DNA of 64,000 bases from Patescibacteria group bacterium (GTDB lineage Bacteria; Patescibacteriota; Patescibacteriia; JACRDY01), in assembly GCA_041671565.1 (NCBI GenBank), contig JBAZBH010000002.1, positions 32,000-95,999 of the forward strand, read 5' to 3'. Position 1 is the stretch's first letter, and each line of letters opens with the position of its first letter. Shown here piece after piece: positions 1 to 8,707 of the stretch. The notes under the pieces were generated by a model. The model ran no database searches. It was not told the DNA's origin and saw only the letters and a program-made list of their open reading frames with translations. A program made the position numbers and the translations under genes.

Positions 1-1
1 T

Positions 2-205
2 GTCGTGGTTTGGAAGTCGGAGTGGATCCTGCAGAACTTTGGCGGCAACGCTTGGGCGGAGCATTATTTGGGCAGTGACGGCGGCTCGCGGTTACTGTAT
101 AAACTGATTGGCCTGGGCGTGATTTTTATTTCTATTCTTTACATGACTTATCTGATTGACGGCATCTTGCTTGCTATTTTCAAAACGATTTTTGTGATAA
201 AATAA
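2..205 (+). CDS. small membrane protein, 5' end probably outside the window
   Basis: Open frame from the window edge; hydrophobic C-terminal helix. Confidence 0.6.
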   Translation, partial: VVVWKSEWILQNFGGNAWAEHYLGSDGGSRLLYKLIGLGVIFISILYMTYLIDGILLAIFKTIFVIK

Positions 206-211
206 TCGTAT

Positions 212-778
212 ATGGAAAACTCTAGCGGTGGCAATCAATTATTGGACCCGCAAGCGGTTTTGGCAGTTAGCGGGGTGAAGCTCGGCAGCCGCGTGGCTGA
301 CCTCGGTTGCGGCGCCGTCGGGCATTTTGTTTTCCCGGCGAGCCAGTTGGTCGGCAAAAGCGGCAAGGTCTATGCCGTGGATATTCGCGCTACGGTTTTG
401 GACGGGATTAAGCGGCGGGCGCATTTAGCCGGCCTGGAGAACATCCAAGTTTTGCGGGCTAACTTAGAAAACAACAAAGGCACGGGACTGCCGGATGGCA
501 GCGCTGATGTGGCGATGCTCATCAATGTTTTGTTTCAAAACGACAAACGCGAGGAAGTGTTGCGGGAAGCGCTTCGGGTGGTGAAACCCGGCGGGACGCT
601 TCTGGTGATTGATTGGCGGTCAGAGCCGTCCGTCATCGGGCCGGTCGCCGAGCGGCGGGTGCGGTCCGAGGGCGTGGCGCGTTTTTGCCAAGCCCAAGGC
701 GCCGAGCTGGTCAAGAGATTTGAGCCGAGCAAGTGGCACTTTGGCTTATTGTTTAAAAAAATAAATAAACCGCGTTAG
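212..778 (+). CDS. class I SAM-dependent methyltransferase
   Basis: VADLGCGAVG motif I, VYAVD, LKPGG-like motif. Confidence 0.85.
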   Translation: MENSSGGNQLLDPQAVLAVSGVKLGSRVADLGCGAVGHFVFPASQLVGKSGKVYAVDIRATVLDGIKRRAHLAGLENIQVLRANLENNKGTGLPDGSADVAMLINVLFQNDKREEVLREALRVVKPGGTLLVIDWRSEPSVIGPVAERRVRSEGVARFCQAQGAELVKRFEPSKWHFGLLFKKINKPR

Positions 779-788
779 TAGTTGTTTT

Positions 789-831
789 ATTCGTAGATTC
801 GCATGTAATTCGTAGCATTCGTATCGCTTCC
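789..831. repeat. CGAAT/ATTCG family repeat, right arm only
   Basis: attcgtagattcgcatgtaattcgtagcattcgtatcgct; nearly identical to the right arm of 52185-52290. Confidence 0.8.
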
Positions 832-907
832 AACCAGAGATGGGCTGATGCGACCATGTGGATTGTTAGTAAAAATTAACAAATAATTAATACAGTTGAT
901 AATCTAT

Positions 908-1324
908 ATGTTTGATTGGAGCAAATTATTGTCGTTAGGTTTTTGGTTCACGGTTCAGCCCGGTCCGTTCTTGGCCGCGGCCGCGCAGTTCCTCTTGGTG
1001 TTGTTTGGTTTGTGTCTCGTCGCGGCGGTGGTTTTCTTCTTAATCTCCCGCGCCAAAAAGCACGACCGAGTGATTTGGCGTCTATTCAAAAAACTGCAAA
1101 GCTACTTTACCACTTTAGGGCTCATCGGTTTTTTGATTTTGTTTTTCTTCTATCAGCAGATCCCGTATCTTTCCAGTCGGTTTTGGCTGATTGTTTGGCT
1201 CCTAATAGTTTTAGTCTGGGCCGGGTTTATCGGTAAGTTTGGTTTTATCGAAGTGCCGCGGTTGCGCGTTGAGCGGGCGGAGAAGGAGAAGATCGAGAAG
1301 TATTTGCCGAAAAAGAAAAAATAA
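908..1324 (+). CDS. three-TM membrane protein
   Basis: ATG at 908; three hydrophobic segments; basic tail. Confidence 0.75.
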   Translation: MFDWSKLLSLGFWFTVQPGPFLAAAAQFLLVLFGLCLVAAVVFFLISRAKKHDRVIWRLFKKLQSYFTTLGLIGFLILFFFYQQIPYLSSRFWLIVWLLIVLVWAGFIGKFGFIEVPRLRVERAEKEKIEKYLPKKKK

Positions 1325-1354
1325 TTACAAATTACAAATTACGAATTACGAATT
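1325..1354. repeat. heptamer tandem repeat TTAC(A/G)AA x4
   Basis: ttacaaattacaaattacgaattacgaa. Confidence 0.75.
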
Positions 1355-1357
1355 GAA

Positions 1358-1383
1358 AGACACGGTTTTGAGCCGTGTTTTTT
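1358..1383 (+). terminator. intrinsic terminator
   Basis: agacacgg-loop-ccgtgttt followed by a T run. Confidence 0.7.
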
Positions 1384-1390
1384 CTGTGCA

Positions 1391-1464
1391 GGATTTAGGA
1401 GTTAGAATTTAGAATTTAGGAAAAGTAGCCCCCCCCTAAATTCTAAATTCTAACTCCTAAATTC
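1391..1464. repeat. inverted heptamer-repeat element (GAATTTA family)
   Basis: ggatttaggagttagaatttagaatttagg pairs with cctaaattctaaattctaactcctaaattc. Confidence 0.85.
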
Positions 1465-1578
1465 TAATTTTTAGCTAAAACTAGATAAATTGATCTAATC
1501 GAGTTTAACTAGATTTAATGTTTATTTTAGATTTAGTTAATCTCCCCTTCGGTATAATCTAGTTGAATAGTTAAAACT

Positions 1579-1932
1579 ATGCCTAGCCGCCGCCAGCAAT
1601 TTGGCCAGTGGGGAGAAGGGGTCGCCTGCCAGTTTCTGGGTCGGCGCGGTTTTAAAATTGTTGAAAAGAATTATCATTGCCGCGAAGGCGAGGTGGATAT
1701 TGTCGCCAAGCAGGGCGAAGCCTGGTGGTTTATCGAGGTCAAGACGCGACGGTCAGCGGCGTCCGGCGAGCCGGAGGAAATGATGGACGAGGCGAAACTC
1801 GAGAAAACCGAAGCCGCGGCGTTTGATTATCTGAGTAAAAAAGAAATCGAAACCGACAACTGGCAGATCGGCTTTATCGCCATTAAGGTGCTGGGTCCGA
1901 GGCGGGTGAGGGTGAGGTTTATGACGGTGTAG
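1579..1932 (+). CDS. yraN: YraN family (UPF0102) putative endonuclease
   Basis: GxWGE...GEVDIVA...FIEVKTR motifs. Confidence 0.9.
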   Translation: MPSRRQQFGQWGEGVACQFLGRRGFKIVEKNYHCREGEVDIVAKQGEAWWFIEVKTRRSAASGEPEEMMDEAKLEKTEAAAFDYLSKKEIETDNWQIGFIAIKVLGPRRVRVRFMTV

Positions 1933-2100
1933 GGAAAAATTATGAATTACTATGCTTCTTGAGATAGGGTTATATTAAAAGGCTATATCCCATGCTTTTT
2001 TAGGTGTTGACCTGTTGATAAATTGTATGATAAAGTTAATAATTCCCTGTTAATAAATTTTCTGCTATAATTTAAATAGCTTAAAAGTCTTAGTAAAAAT

Positions 2101-2604
2101 ATGAAGGATACTATTATGCAAGCTGCCCTAGCAATTGGTATCGCTACCATTATTGGTGGTCTTGTTTACATTGGTCGAAAGTTACAAATTCTAGATGATT
2201 TAAAGGAAACAATGGAAAAGGTCAAGCACAATGTTAAAGTTATTTGTGATACTCTTTCTAAGCCGAAAATTGATTTTAACCCACAAGATATTCAGTCTTA
2301 TAGTCCATTAAAGCTTACTACGGTTGGTGAAAAGAAAATTATTGATATTGGTTTCGCGGATATTTTTAGAAATAACAGCTCTGATTTTTTGGGTTTTATT
2401 AAATCAGAGAGTGCCGGGACTAAATATGATGTTGAAATTGCTGCGATTAAATCAGTTAAAGTTCTATTTGATAAAGAATACTTCAATCCGATTAAAAGTT
2501 ATCTCTACAATAATCCGAGTGAAAATGTTGATACCTTGTTTACTACTTTAGGTGTTTATGTTAGAGATAATTATTTAGAACAGTATCCCGAAATAACGGA
2601 ATAA
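2101..2604 (+). CDS. hypothetical protein with N-terminal TM helix, low GC
   Basis: 167 aa ORF, visibly more AT-rich than its neighbours. Confidence 0.7.
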   Translation: MKDTIMQAALAIGIATIIGGLVYIGRKLQILDDLKETMEKVKHNVKVICDTLSKPKIDFNPQDIQSYSPLKLTTVGEKKIIDIGFADIFRNNSSDFLGFIKSESAGTKYDVEIAAIKSVKVLFDKEYFNPIKSYLYNNPSENVDTLFTTLGVYVRDNYLEQYPEITE

Positions 2605-2619
2605 TTTTTAAAGATATTC

Positions 2620-2793
2620 ATGAATAATTTCAAAGAATCATTATTAGTGGTAGTATATTTTTTAATCTTTTTACTGCCGGGGTTTATTATTATGATTTTT
2701 GTTCATACGATCCCGAGTGCCATTACGGCGACTATGATAATTTATAGTGGAATTTGTTTTTATTTTGGCTGGTATTCGGGAAAAAATTATTAG
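2620..2793 (+). CDS. small two-TM protein (57 aa), not in the ORF track
   Basis: MNNFKESLLVVVYFLIFLLPG...YFGWYSGKNY*; same low GC as the upstream gene. Confidence 0.5.
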   Translation: MNNFKESLLVVVYFLIFLLPGFIIMIFVHTIPSAITATMIIYSGICFYFGWYSGKNY

Positions 2794-2817
2794 ATTAATT
2801 ATTATTTTCACCGCATC

Positions 2818-2846
2818 TTGACAAAAATTGCCCCTTACCCTATAAT
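2818..2846 (+). promoter_or_regulatory. sigma70 promoter of nusA
   Basis: TTGACA-17 nt-TATAAT perfect consensus. Confidence 0.85.
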
Positions 2847-3003
2847 GCTTCTAGAAAGTCACTATCTGATAAAGAGAGTGATTTTTTTGTTGCCAGGCTC
2901 GGATTCAATTTCGCGCTGATTTGCTGATTATTCGCTTAAATTTGCGTTTATTGTTTAATTACCCAATTTGCTTTATAATTAACTTATTATTAGATAAAAA
3001 TTT

Positions 3004-4380
3004 ATGTCACAATCACCAATCATGGCGGCCATTCAGCAGATTTGCCAAGAAAAGAATATTTCGGTGGAGGCGGTTATTGAAACCATCGAGGCGGCGCTCT
3101 CGGCCGCTTACCGCAAGGATTTTGGCCAGAAGAACCAAAACATCAAAGTTATTTACGACGCGGAAACCGGCGGTTCGCGGGTTTTTGATGTCAAAATTGT
3201 CGTTGAGGATGAATTGAAGGCGAAAGCCGAGGCTGAGGCCGAAGAGCGGCGGCTGGCGATTGAACGGGGCGAAGAACTGCCGGTTCATGAAGAAGTCGAG
3301 CTCGCTGAAGGCGAAGAAGCGGAACTCCGTTATAATCCCAAACTGCATATCTCTCTGACCGACGCCAAAGAGATCAAAGACGACGCGGTGGTTGGCGAGG
3401 AGATCCGGGTGGAGTTGTCGGTGCCGGCGGCTTACGGCCGGATGGCGGCCCAGACTGCCAAGCAGGTAATTATTCAGAGACTCCGTGAAGCTGAACGGTC
3501 AACAATTTTTGAAGAATATAAAGATAAAGAAGGCACCGTTCTCGCCGGCACGGTCCAACGCCGCGAAGGTCCTAATGTGTTGATTGACCTTGCTCGCGCG
3601 ACCGGCATTTTGCGGCCCGAGGAACAAATTGAGCGCGAGCGGTATAACACCGGCGAACGGCTGAAAGTTTTTGTCATGTCGGTGGCGCTGGGCAGTAAAG
3701 GGCCGGAAATTAACCTTTCCCGCAAAAGCCCGGAGATTGTCCGCGAGCTTTTTGCCATGGAAATCCCGGAAATTGCCAACCGCACGATTGAAATTAAAGG
3801 CATCGCCCGCGAGGCCGGTTCCCGCAGCAAAGTAGCGGTGCACAGCGATGACAGCAATATCGACCCGATCGGCTCGTGCGTCGGCCAGCGCGGTTCGCGC
3901 GTCCAGACGATTATTGCCGAGCTGGGCGGCGAGAAAATTGATATTATTGAATGGTCCGAAGACCTGAAAGAATTTATTACCCATGCCATGTTGCCCGCCA
4001 AGATTTTGGGAGTGGAAATTGCCGAGTCCAAAACTGAAGCCACCGTGAGCGTGGCGACTGACCAGTTGTCGCTTGCCATCGGCCGGAGCGGCCAAAATGT
4101 GCGCCTAGCTTCGCGCCTGAGCGGTTGCCGGATTAATATCGTGGAAGTGAAGGGTGATGAAAAACGGGTGATTAGCGCCGAAGAAATCGAGCAAGGCTTG
4201 ATTGACGCCGCTAAACTCGCCTCGGCCGGCGCGGCGGAAAAGGTTGCCGTGGCCGAACCAGAATCAATCTCAGCAGTTGAAACTGAAGTTAAAGTTGAAG
4301 AGGTTAAGCCGGAAGAAGCGGCTGAACCCAAAGCGGAAAAGAAACCGGCCAAAAAGAAAAGAGTTGCCAAGGCTATTTAA
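3004..4380 (+). CDS. nusA: transcription termination/antitermination factor NusA
   Basis: GRMAAQTAKQVI, S1 domain, AREAGSRSKVAV, DPIGSCVGQRG, LSLAIGRSGQNVRLAS. Confidence 0.97.
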   Translation: MSQSPIMAAIQQICQEKNISVEAVIETIEAALSAAYRKDFGQKNQNIKVIYDAETGGSRVFDVKIVVEDELKAKAEAEAEERRLAIERGEELPVHEEVELAEGEEAELRYNPKLHISLTDAKEIKDDAVVGEEIRVELSVPAAYGRMAAQTAKQVIIQRLREAERSTIFEEYKDKEGTVLAGTVQRREGPNVLIDLARATGILRPEEQIERERYNTGERLKVFVMSVALGSKGPEINLSRKSPEIVRELFAMEIPEIANRTIEIKGIAREAGSRSKVAVHSDDSNIDPIGSCVGQRGSRVQTIIAELGGEKIDIIEWSEDLKEFITHAMLPAKILGVEIAESKTEATVSVATDQLSLAIGRSGQNVRLASRLSGCRINIVEVKGDEKRVISAEEIEQGLIDAAKLASAGAAEKVAVAEPESISAVETEVKVEEVKPEEAAEPKAEKKPAKKKRVAKAI

Positions 4381-4381
4381 A

Positions 4382-4507
4382 TAAGTATTCAGGGAGCAGT
4401 ATTCAAGCATTAGTATTCAGGGAACAGTATTCAGTATTCAGGGAACTATATTCACGAACGGTGAATACGGACCCCCTGAATACTGAATACCGATCCCTGA
4501 ATACTTA
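4382..4507. repeat. inverted repeat element (GTATTCAGGG family)
   Basis: Repeated agtattcaggg pairs with ccctgaatact; ends about 6 nt before the yidC ATG. Confidence 0.85.
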
Positions 4508-4513
4508 CTATAT

Positions 4514-5290
4514 ATGATTCAAATTTATAACCTAGTTCTATACCAACCGCTGTTTAATCTTTTGGTTTGGCTTTATAACACCATTCCGGGGCATGATTTC
4601 GGCTTGGCGGTGATTGCCTTGACGGTGATCATCAAGCTGGTTTTATATCCTTTTTCTCTGCAATCCATTCGGGCGCAGAAAGCGATGCAGCAGTTACAGC
4701 CAAAGTTGGAAGAGTTGAAGAAAAAATATAAAGACAATAAAGAAAAGCTGTCGGTGGAGATGATGAATCTTTATCGGGCGGAAAAAGTCAATCCGCTGTC
4801 ATCTTGCTTGCCGGTGTTGATCCAATTGCCGTTTCTCATTGCGGTTTACCAAGTGTTTCGCCGCGGATTGTCTAACGGCAGTTTTGAAATACTTTACCCG
4901 TTTGTCGCTAATCCCGGCACGATTAACGCTTCATTCCTTGGTTTAGTTGATTTAAGTAAGCCGCAGGTTGTCCTCGCGGTGCTCGCCGGCGCGGCGCAAT
5001 TTTGGCAAGCGAAGATGCTGCAAGTTAAACCGCCACCCCAGGGCAAAAACGGCCAGCCGATTGCCGGCGCCAAAGACGAGAACATGATGGCGATCATGAA
5101 TAAGCAAATGCTTTACATGATGCCACTGATGACCGTGTTTATTGGTTTCAGTTTGCCGGGCGGCCTAACCTTGTATTGGTTGGTCACTACGGTGCTGACG
5201 GTGTTTATGCAATTATTTCTCTTTCGCAAAAAGACGGGTAAGCCGACCGGCGGGGCGCCGACGGTGATTGAAGGAGAGATAATTAAATAG
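4514..5290 (+). CDS. yidC: YidC/Oxa1 membrane protein insertase
   Basis: LQPKLEELKKKY, VNPLSSCLPVLIQLP, LPGGLTLYW. Confidence 0.95.
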   Translation: MIQIYNLVLYQPLFNLLVWLYNTIPGHDFGLAVIALTVIIKLVLYPFSLQSIRAQKAMQQLQPKLEELKKKYKDNKEKLSVEMMNLYRAEKVNPLSSCLPVLIQLPFLIAVYQVFRRGLSNGSFEILYPFVANPGTINASFLGLVDLSKPQVVLAVLAGAAQFWQAKMLQVKPPPQGKNGQPIAGAKDENMMAIMNKQMLYMMPLMTVFIGFSLPGGLTLYWLVTTVLTVFMQLFLFRKKTGKPTGGAPTVIEGEIIK

Positions 5291-5372
5291 TCCAGAGTCC
5301 GAAGTCCAGAGTGAGTTTTGAGCTGATTAGCTTTGAGCTTTCTCGGGACTTTGGACTCGGGACTCGGGACTT
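5289..5372. repeat. inverted heptamer element (AGTCCAG/GGACTC family), empty form
   Basis: agtccagagtccgaagtccagag pairs with ctcgggactttggactcgggactcgggact. Confidence 0.8.
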
Positions 5373-5377
5373 ATTTT

Positions 5378-5704
5378 ATGTTGATTCATGGTAAAAAACT
5401 TATTGGTTTGCCGGTTTATACCCAAGGCGGCCAGCATCTGGGCCATGTTGTTGATTTAGAAATTGATATTGATTCGCAAAGTATTGTTAACTATCAAGTG
5501 GGCAACTTTAATCCTATAAAAAATCTTTGGGGCGACAAGTTATTGGTTAATCGCCAGCAGGTGGTCAGCATCAGCGCCGAACGGCTGGTAGTGGAAGATA
5601 ATGTTAAAGAAGCGGCGGCCGCTATTTCTCTCAACGCTAAAGCCGAGGCGCCGGCCAGCGAAGCCATGGCCACTTCAACTCTTAACGCTGTCGAAAAAAA
5701 TTAA
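5378..5704 (+). CDS. PRC-barrel domain protein
   Basis: LIGLPVYTQGGQHLGHVVDLEID; start moved to ATG 5378, downstream of the repeat. Confidence 0.85.
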   Translation: MLIHGKKLIGLPVYTQGGQHLGHVVDLEIDIDSQSIVNYQVGNFNPIKNLWGDKLLVNRQQVVSISAERLVVEDNVKEAAAAISLNAKAEAPASEAMATSTLNAVEKN

Positions 5705-5734
5705 AATTTACCGCCGCGAAGAGAAGAAAAAAAT

Positions 5735-6142
5735 ATGAGTAAAGTATATATTTTTGGCCCAATCAATTTGTTCGGCGAGGATTATTTACCGGTATATAAA
5801 CATTTAAGAAGTTTGTGTCAAAAGTATTTTGATGAAGTTATTTGTACTTATCCTGATTTTTGGGATTCAAAAGAAAGTCCGCAAGATTTCTACGATCGAA
5901 CCTATAAGACAATTACAAAATGTGATTTATTTATAGGCGAGCTAAGTTCACCATCAATAGGAGTCGGGATGGAATTTCAAATGGCGCAAGAACATAATAT
6001 TCCTTGCATAATTTTATGTAAAAAAGGTGTTAAGCCGTCTATTATGGCTTTTGGCATACCGTGCGCCAAGCAGGTTATTTATTATGAAACATTGGATGAT
6101 TTATCAAAGCAGATAGAAGCGGCCGTGCAAGAGTTTAAGTAG
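5735..6142 (+). CDS. nucleoside 2-deoxyribosyltransferase-like protein
   Basis: KVYIFGP, CDLFIGELSSPSIGVGMEF motifs; low GC. Confidence 0.75.
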   Translation: MSKVYIFGPINLFGEDYLPVYKHLRSLCQKYFDEVICTYPDFWDSKESPQDFYDRTYKTITKCDLFIGELSSPSIGVGMEFQMAQEHNIPCIILCKKGVKPSIMAFGIPCAKQVIYYETLDDLSKQIEAAVQEFK

Positions 6143-6166
6143 TTGTTTAGAAAAGAAATATAAAAC

Positions 6167-7105
6167 ATGGCCGAGACTAATTTAAAATCAGCCATTTTGA
6201 AGACTTTAGTTTTTTTTGATATTTTTGAATTTCCGTTGACGCCGTTGGAAATCAAGCGGTATCTGTATGGCTCGGCCGACGGTAATTTAGAAACTATCGA
6301 GGCGGCGCTAGCGGAATTAACCCAGGTGAAAACTCACCAGGGTTTTTATTTTTTGGCTAGTGCTTCAGCTGAAATAGTCGCGCGGCGGCAAGAGCGGTAT
6401 TTGGCGGCCGAGAAAAAATACAGAAAAGTGAAGCGAATCGGCCATTTTTTGGCATTATTGCCCTTTGTCCGGCTGATAGCGGTTTGCAATAGTCTTGCTT
6501 ACAGCAACGCGCGGCCGGAGAGCGATATTGATTTGTTTGTTGTCAGCGCGCGCGGTAAAGTTTGGACCACTCGGTTTGTTTGTCTGCTGTTTCTGAAAAT
6601 TTTTGGTTTGCGGCCGACGGACAAAACGCGGCAGGATAAATTTTGTTTAAGTTTTTTCGTGGATGAGAGTCATCTGGATTTGTCGGATATCGCTCTGGCG
6701 CGGAATGATATTTACTTTTATTATTGGCTGGCGCAACTTTATCCGGTTTATGATGCTGGCGGGGTTTACGGGCGCCTGTGGCAGGCGAATGGTTGGTTAA
6801 AAGATTATTTGCCACTAGCGACGCCGATCGAGCCACACCCGCGGCGGCTGATAGAGCTGGGCGCGGCGGGTAGAATGATCAAAAAAACCAAAGAAGCCGG
6901 TTGGAATTTTGCTTGGTGCGAAGAACTGCTGAGAAAGTTTCAGTTGCGCCACCTGCCGGCGGTACTGAAAGAAAAACTAAAAAATAAAGATGTCGGCGCG
7001 GTAATCGGCGAGGGCGTGGTTAAACTGATTGCCAATGACCGGAGGGAGGGGTATCGGAATGAGTGGGTGATGAAGGTGAATAGATTGTTAGGGGAAGGAA
7101 AATAA
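6167..7105 (+). CDS. nucleotidyltransferase-fold protein
   Basis: NSLAYSNARPESDIDLF (G/NS...DxD polymerase-beta-like signature). Confidence 0.7.
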   Translation: MAETNLKSAILKTLVFFDIFEFPLTPLEIKRYLYGSADGNLETIEAALAELTQVKTHQGFYFLASASAEIVARRQERYLAAEKKYRKVKRIGHFLALLPFVRLIAVCNSLAYSNARPESDIDLFVVSARGKVWTTRFVCLLFLKIFGLRPTDKTRQDKFCLSFFVDESHLDLSDIALARNDIYFYYWLAQLYPVYDAGGVYGRLWQANGWLKDYLPLATPIEPHPRRLIELGAAGRMIKKTKEAGWNFAWCEELLRKFQLRHLPAVLKEKLKNKDVGAVIGEGVVKLIANDRREGYRNEWVMKVNRLLGEGK

Positions 7106-7246
7106 TTTTTAATTTAAAATTCTTAATTTTTAATGAATTTCTAATGTTTAATTTATAATTTTTAAACCTAAAGCCAAGTTCGCGGCAATTAAAAATTAAG
7201 AATTATAAATTGATTAGAAATTTTAAATTAAAAATTAAAAATTATT
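7101..7246. repeat. AT-rich inverted heptamer element (TTTTAAT family)
   Basis: aataatttttaatttaaaatt... pairs with ...aattttaaattaaaaattaaaaattatt; homolog at 45158-45296 shares loop ccaagttcg. Confidence 0.8.
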
Positions 7247-7253
7247 TTAAGTT

Positions 7254-8537
7254 ATGCTTTGGCTGAAAAAAATAACTCTAACCAATGTCCTTGAGTGGGG
7301 CACTTACCTCCTCGTCTTCCTCTTGCCGATGCAAACGCGCTGGATTTACTTGGCCGCGCGATTGAACGGCGGAGATTGGGAGTACGGCTCAAATTCGCTC
7401 TACGGCACAGAAATACTCTTAGCAGTTTTGGTGGCGCTATTTTTGGTTTGGCGCCGGAAAAATAATATAAAATTTGCCGAGAGAAATTTGGTTTTACTGA
7501 TTGGCGTTTTTGTTTTTTGGAGTTTGGCGACCGCCCTATGGGCCGTGGACTACAATCTGGCGCTTTACCGCTGGTGGCTCCTCGTCGGCGGGATAATGTT
7601 TTATTTTCTGGTCGCTTATGGTCCGGCAGTTAAAGCGAAAATCATGGCTAGCCTGATTGCTGCGGCGGCCCTGCAAAGCGTTTTAGCTTTAATTCAATTT
7701 TTCAGTCAAACAGTTTTTGGCAATAAATGGCTGGGCCTAGCGCCGCATTGGCCGGCTGATCTCGGCGCTTTAGTCATCGCGGTGGGGGATGAGCGGTGGC
7801 TGCGCGCTTACGGCAGTTTGCCGCATCCGAATATCTTGGCGGCGTTTTTACTGGTGGGGCTGGTTTTCCTCGCCGGTTTAAGTTTGACGGCCAGAAGTTC
7901 AAAAATTAAATGGTCAATGGCGGGCGCTTGGCTGTTGATTCTGACAGGTTTATTTTTTACTTTTTCAAGGGCGGCGGCGATTGTTGTGATTATTTGTTAT
8001 TTGATATTTGTTATTTGGTTGGCGAAAGAATGGGTCGGTTATAAAAGGCAGTATGTTTTTACCGCGCAATTGCTAGCCGGCGGCGCGCTAGTTCTAATTA
8101 TTTTGGCGGCGAGTTTTTGGCCGCTTCTGGCCACGCGCGCGACTGGTGACGGCCGGCTGGAAGTTAAATCCAATCAGGAACGACTAGCTTCGTATAGTGA
8201 AAGTTGGCAGCTAATAAAAATTCATCCCATCGTGGGATCGGGCTTGGGAAATTATACCGCGGCAGTGTATAATAGACTTGATAACCGTTTGCCGGCTTGG
8301 GCGTATCAGCCGACGCACAATCTTTACTTGTTAGTTCTGGCGGAGACGGGGGCGGTGGGGTTGATGATGTTATTTGTTATTTGTTATTTGTTATTTGCCA
8401 CTAAAGGCACTTGGACAATAAAGGCGGCGCTTGCTTCATTATTGTTTCTGGGGTTATTTGACCATTGGCTGTGGAGTTTGTATTTTGGCGGGATGTTGTG
8501 GTGGCTGGTGGCCGGTTTGACTATAAAAAAAGATTGA
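7254..8537 (+). CDS. O-antigen ligase/Wzy_C family membrane protein
   Basis: RAYGSLPHPN, TFSR, PTHNLY; many TM helices. Confidence 0.9.
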   Translation: MLWLKKITLTNVLEWGTYLLVFLLPMQTRWIYLAARLNGGDWEYGSNSLYGTEILLAVLVALFLVWRRKNNIKFAERNLVLLIGVFVFWSLATALWAVDYNLALYRWWLLVGGIMFYFLVAYGPAVKAKIMASLIAAAALQSVLALIQFFSQTVFGNKWLGLAPHWPADLGALVIAVGDERWLRAYGSLPHPNILAAFLLVGLVFLAGLSLTARSSKIKWSMAGAWLLILTGLFFTFSRAAAIVVIICYLIFVIWLAKEWVGYKRQYVFTAQLLAGGALVLIILAASFWPLLATRATGDGRLEVKSNQERLASYSESWQLIKIHPIVGSGLGNYTAAVYNRLDNRLPAWAYQPTHNLYLLVLAETGAVGLMMLFVICYLLFATKGTWTIKAALASLLFLGLFDHWLWSLYFGGMLWWLVAGLTIKKD

Positions 8538-8584
8538 TTATTTAATTCACTTATTTAATTCACTTTGTTGTAATCGGTAGCAAG

Positions 8585-8700
8585 AGTATTCAGGGAACAG
8601 TATGCAGCCTGCCTGCGCAGGCAGGTATTCAGGGAACTATATCCACGAACGGTGAATTTGAATCCCTCCCTGATCCCCGAATACTGACCCCTGAATACTT
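8585..8700. repeat. GTATTCAGGG family inverted element with an 18-bp palindrome insertion
   Basis: Homolog of 4382-4507 with cctgcctgcgcaggcagg added at 8608-8625. Confidence 0.85.
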
Positions 8701-8707
8701 ATAAATT

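Noticed and set aside
5333-5377. Longer starts from the ORF track (5333, 33561, 59041, 30093)
   Set aside because: The extensions are translated repeat arms or leader sequence; downstream starts fit better.
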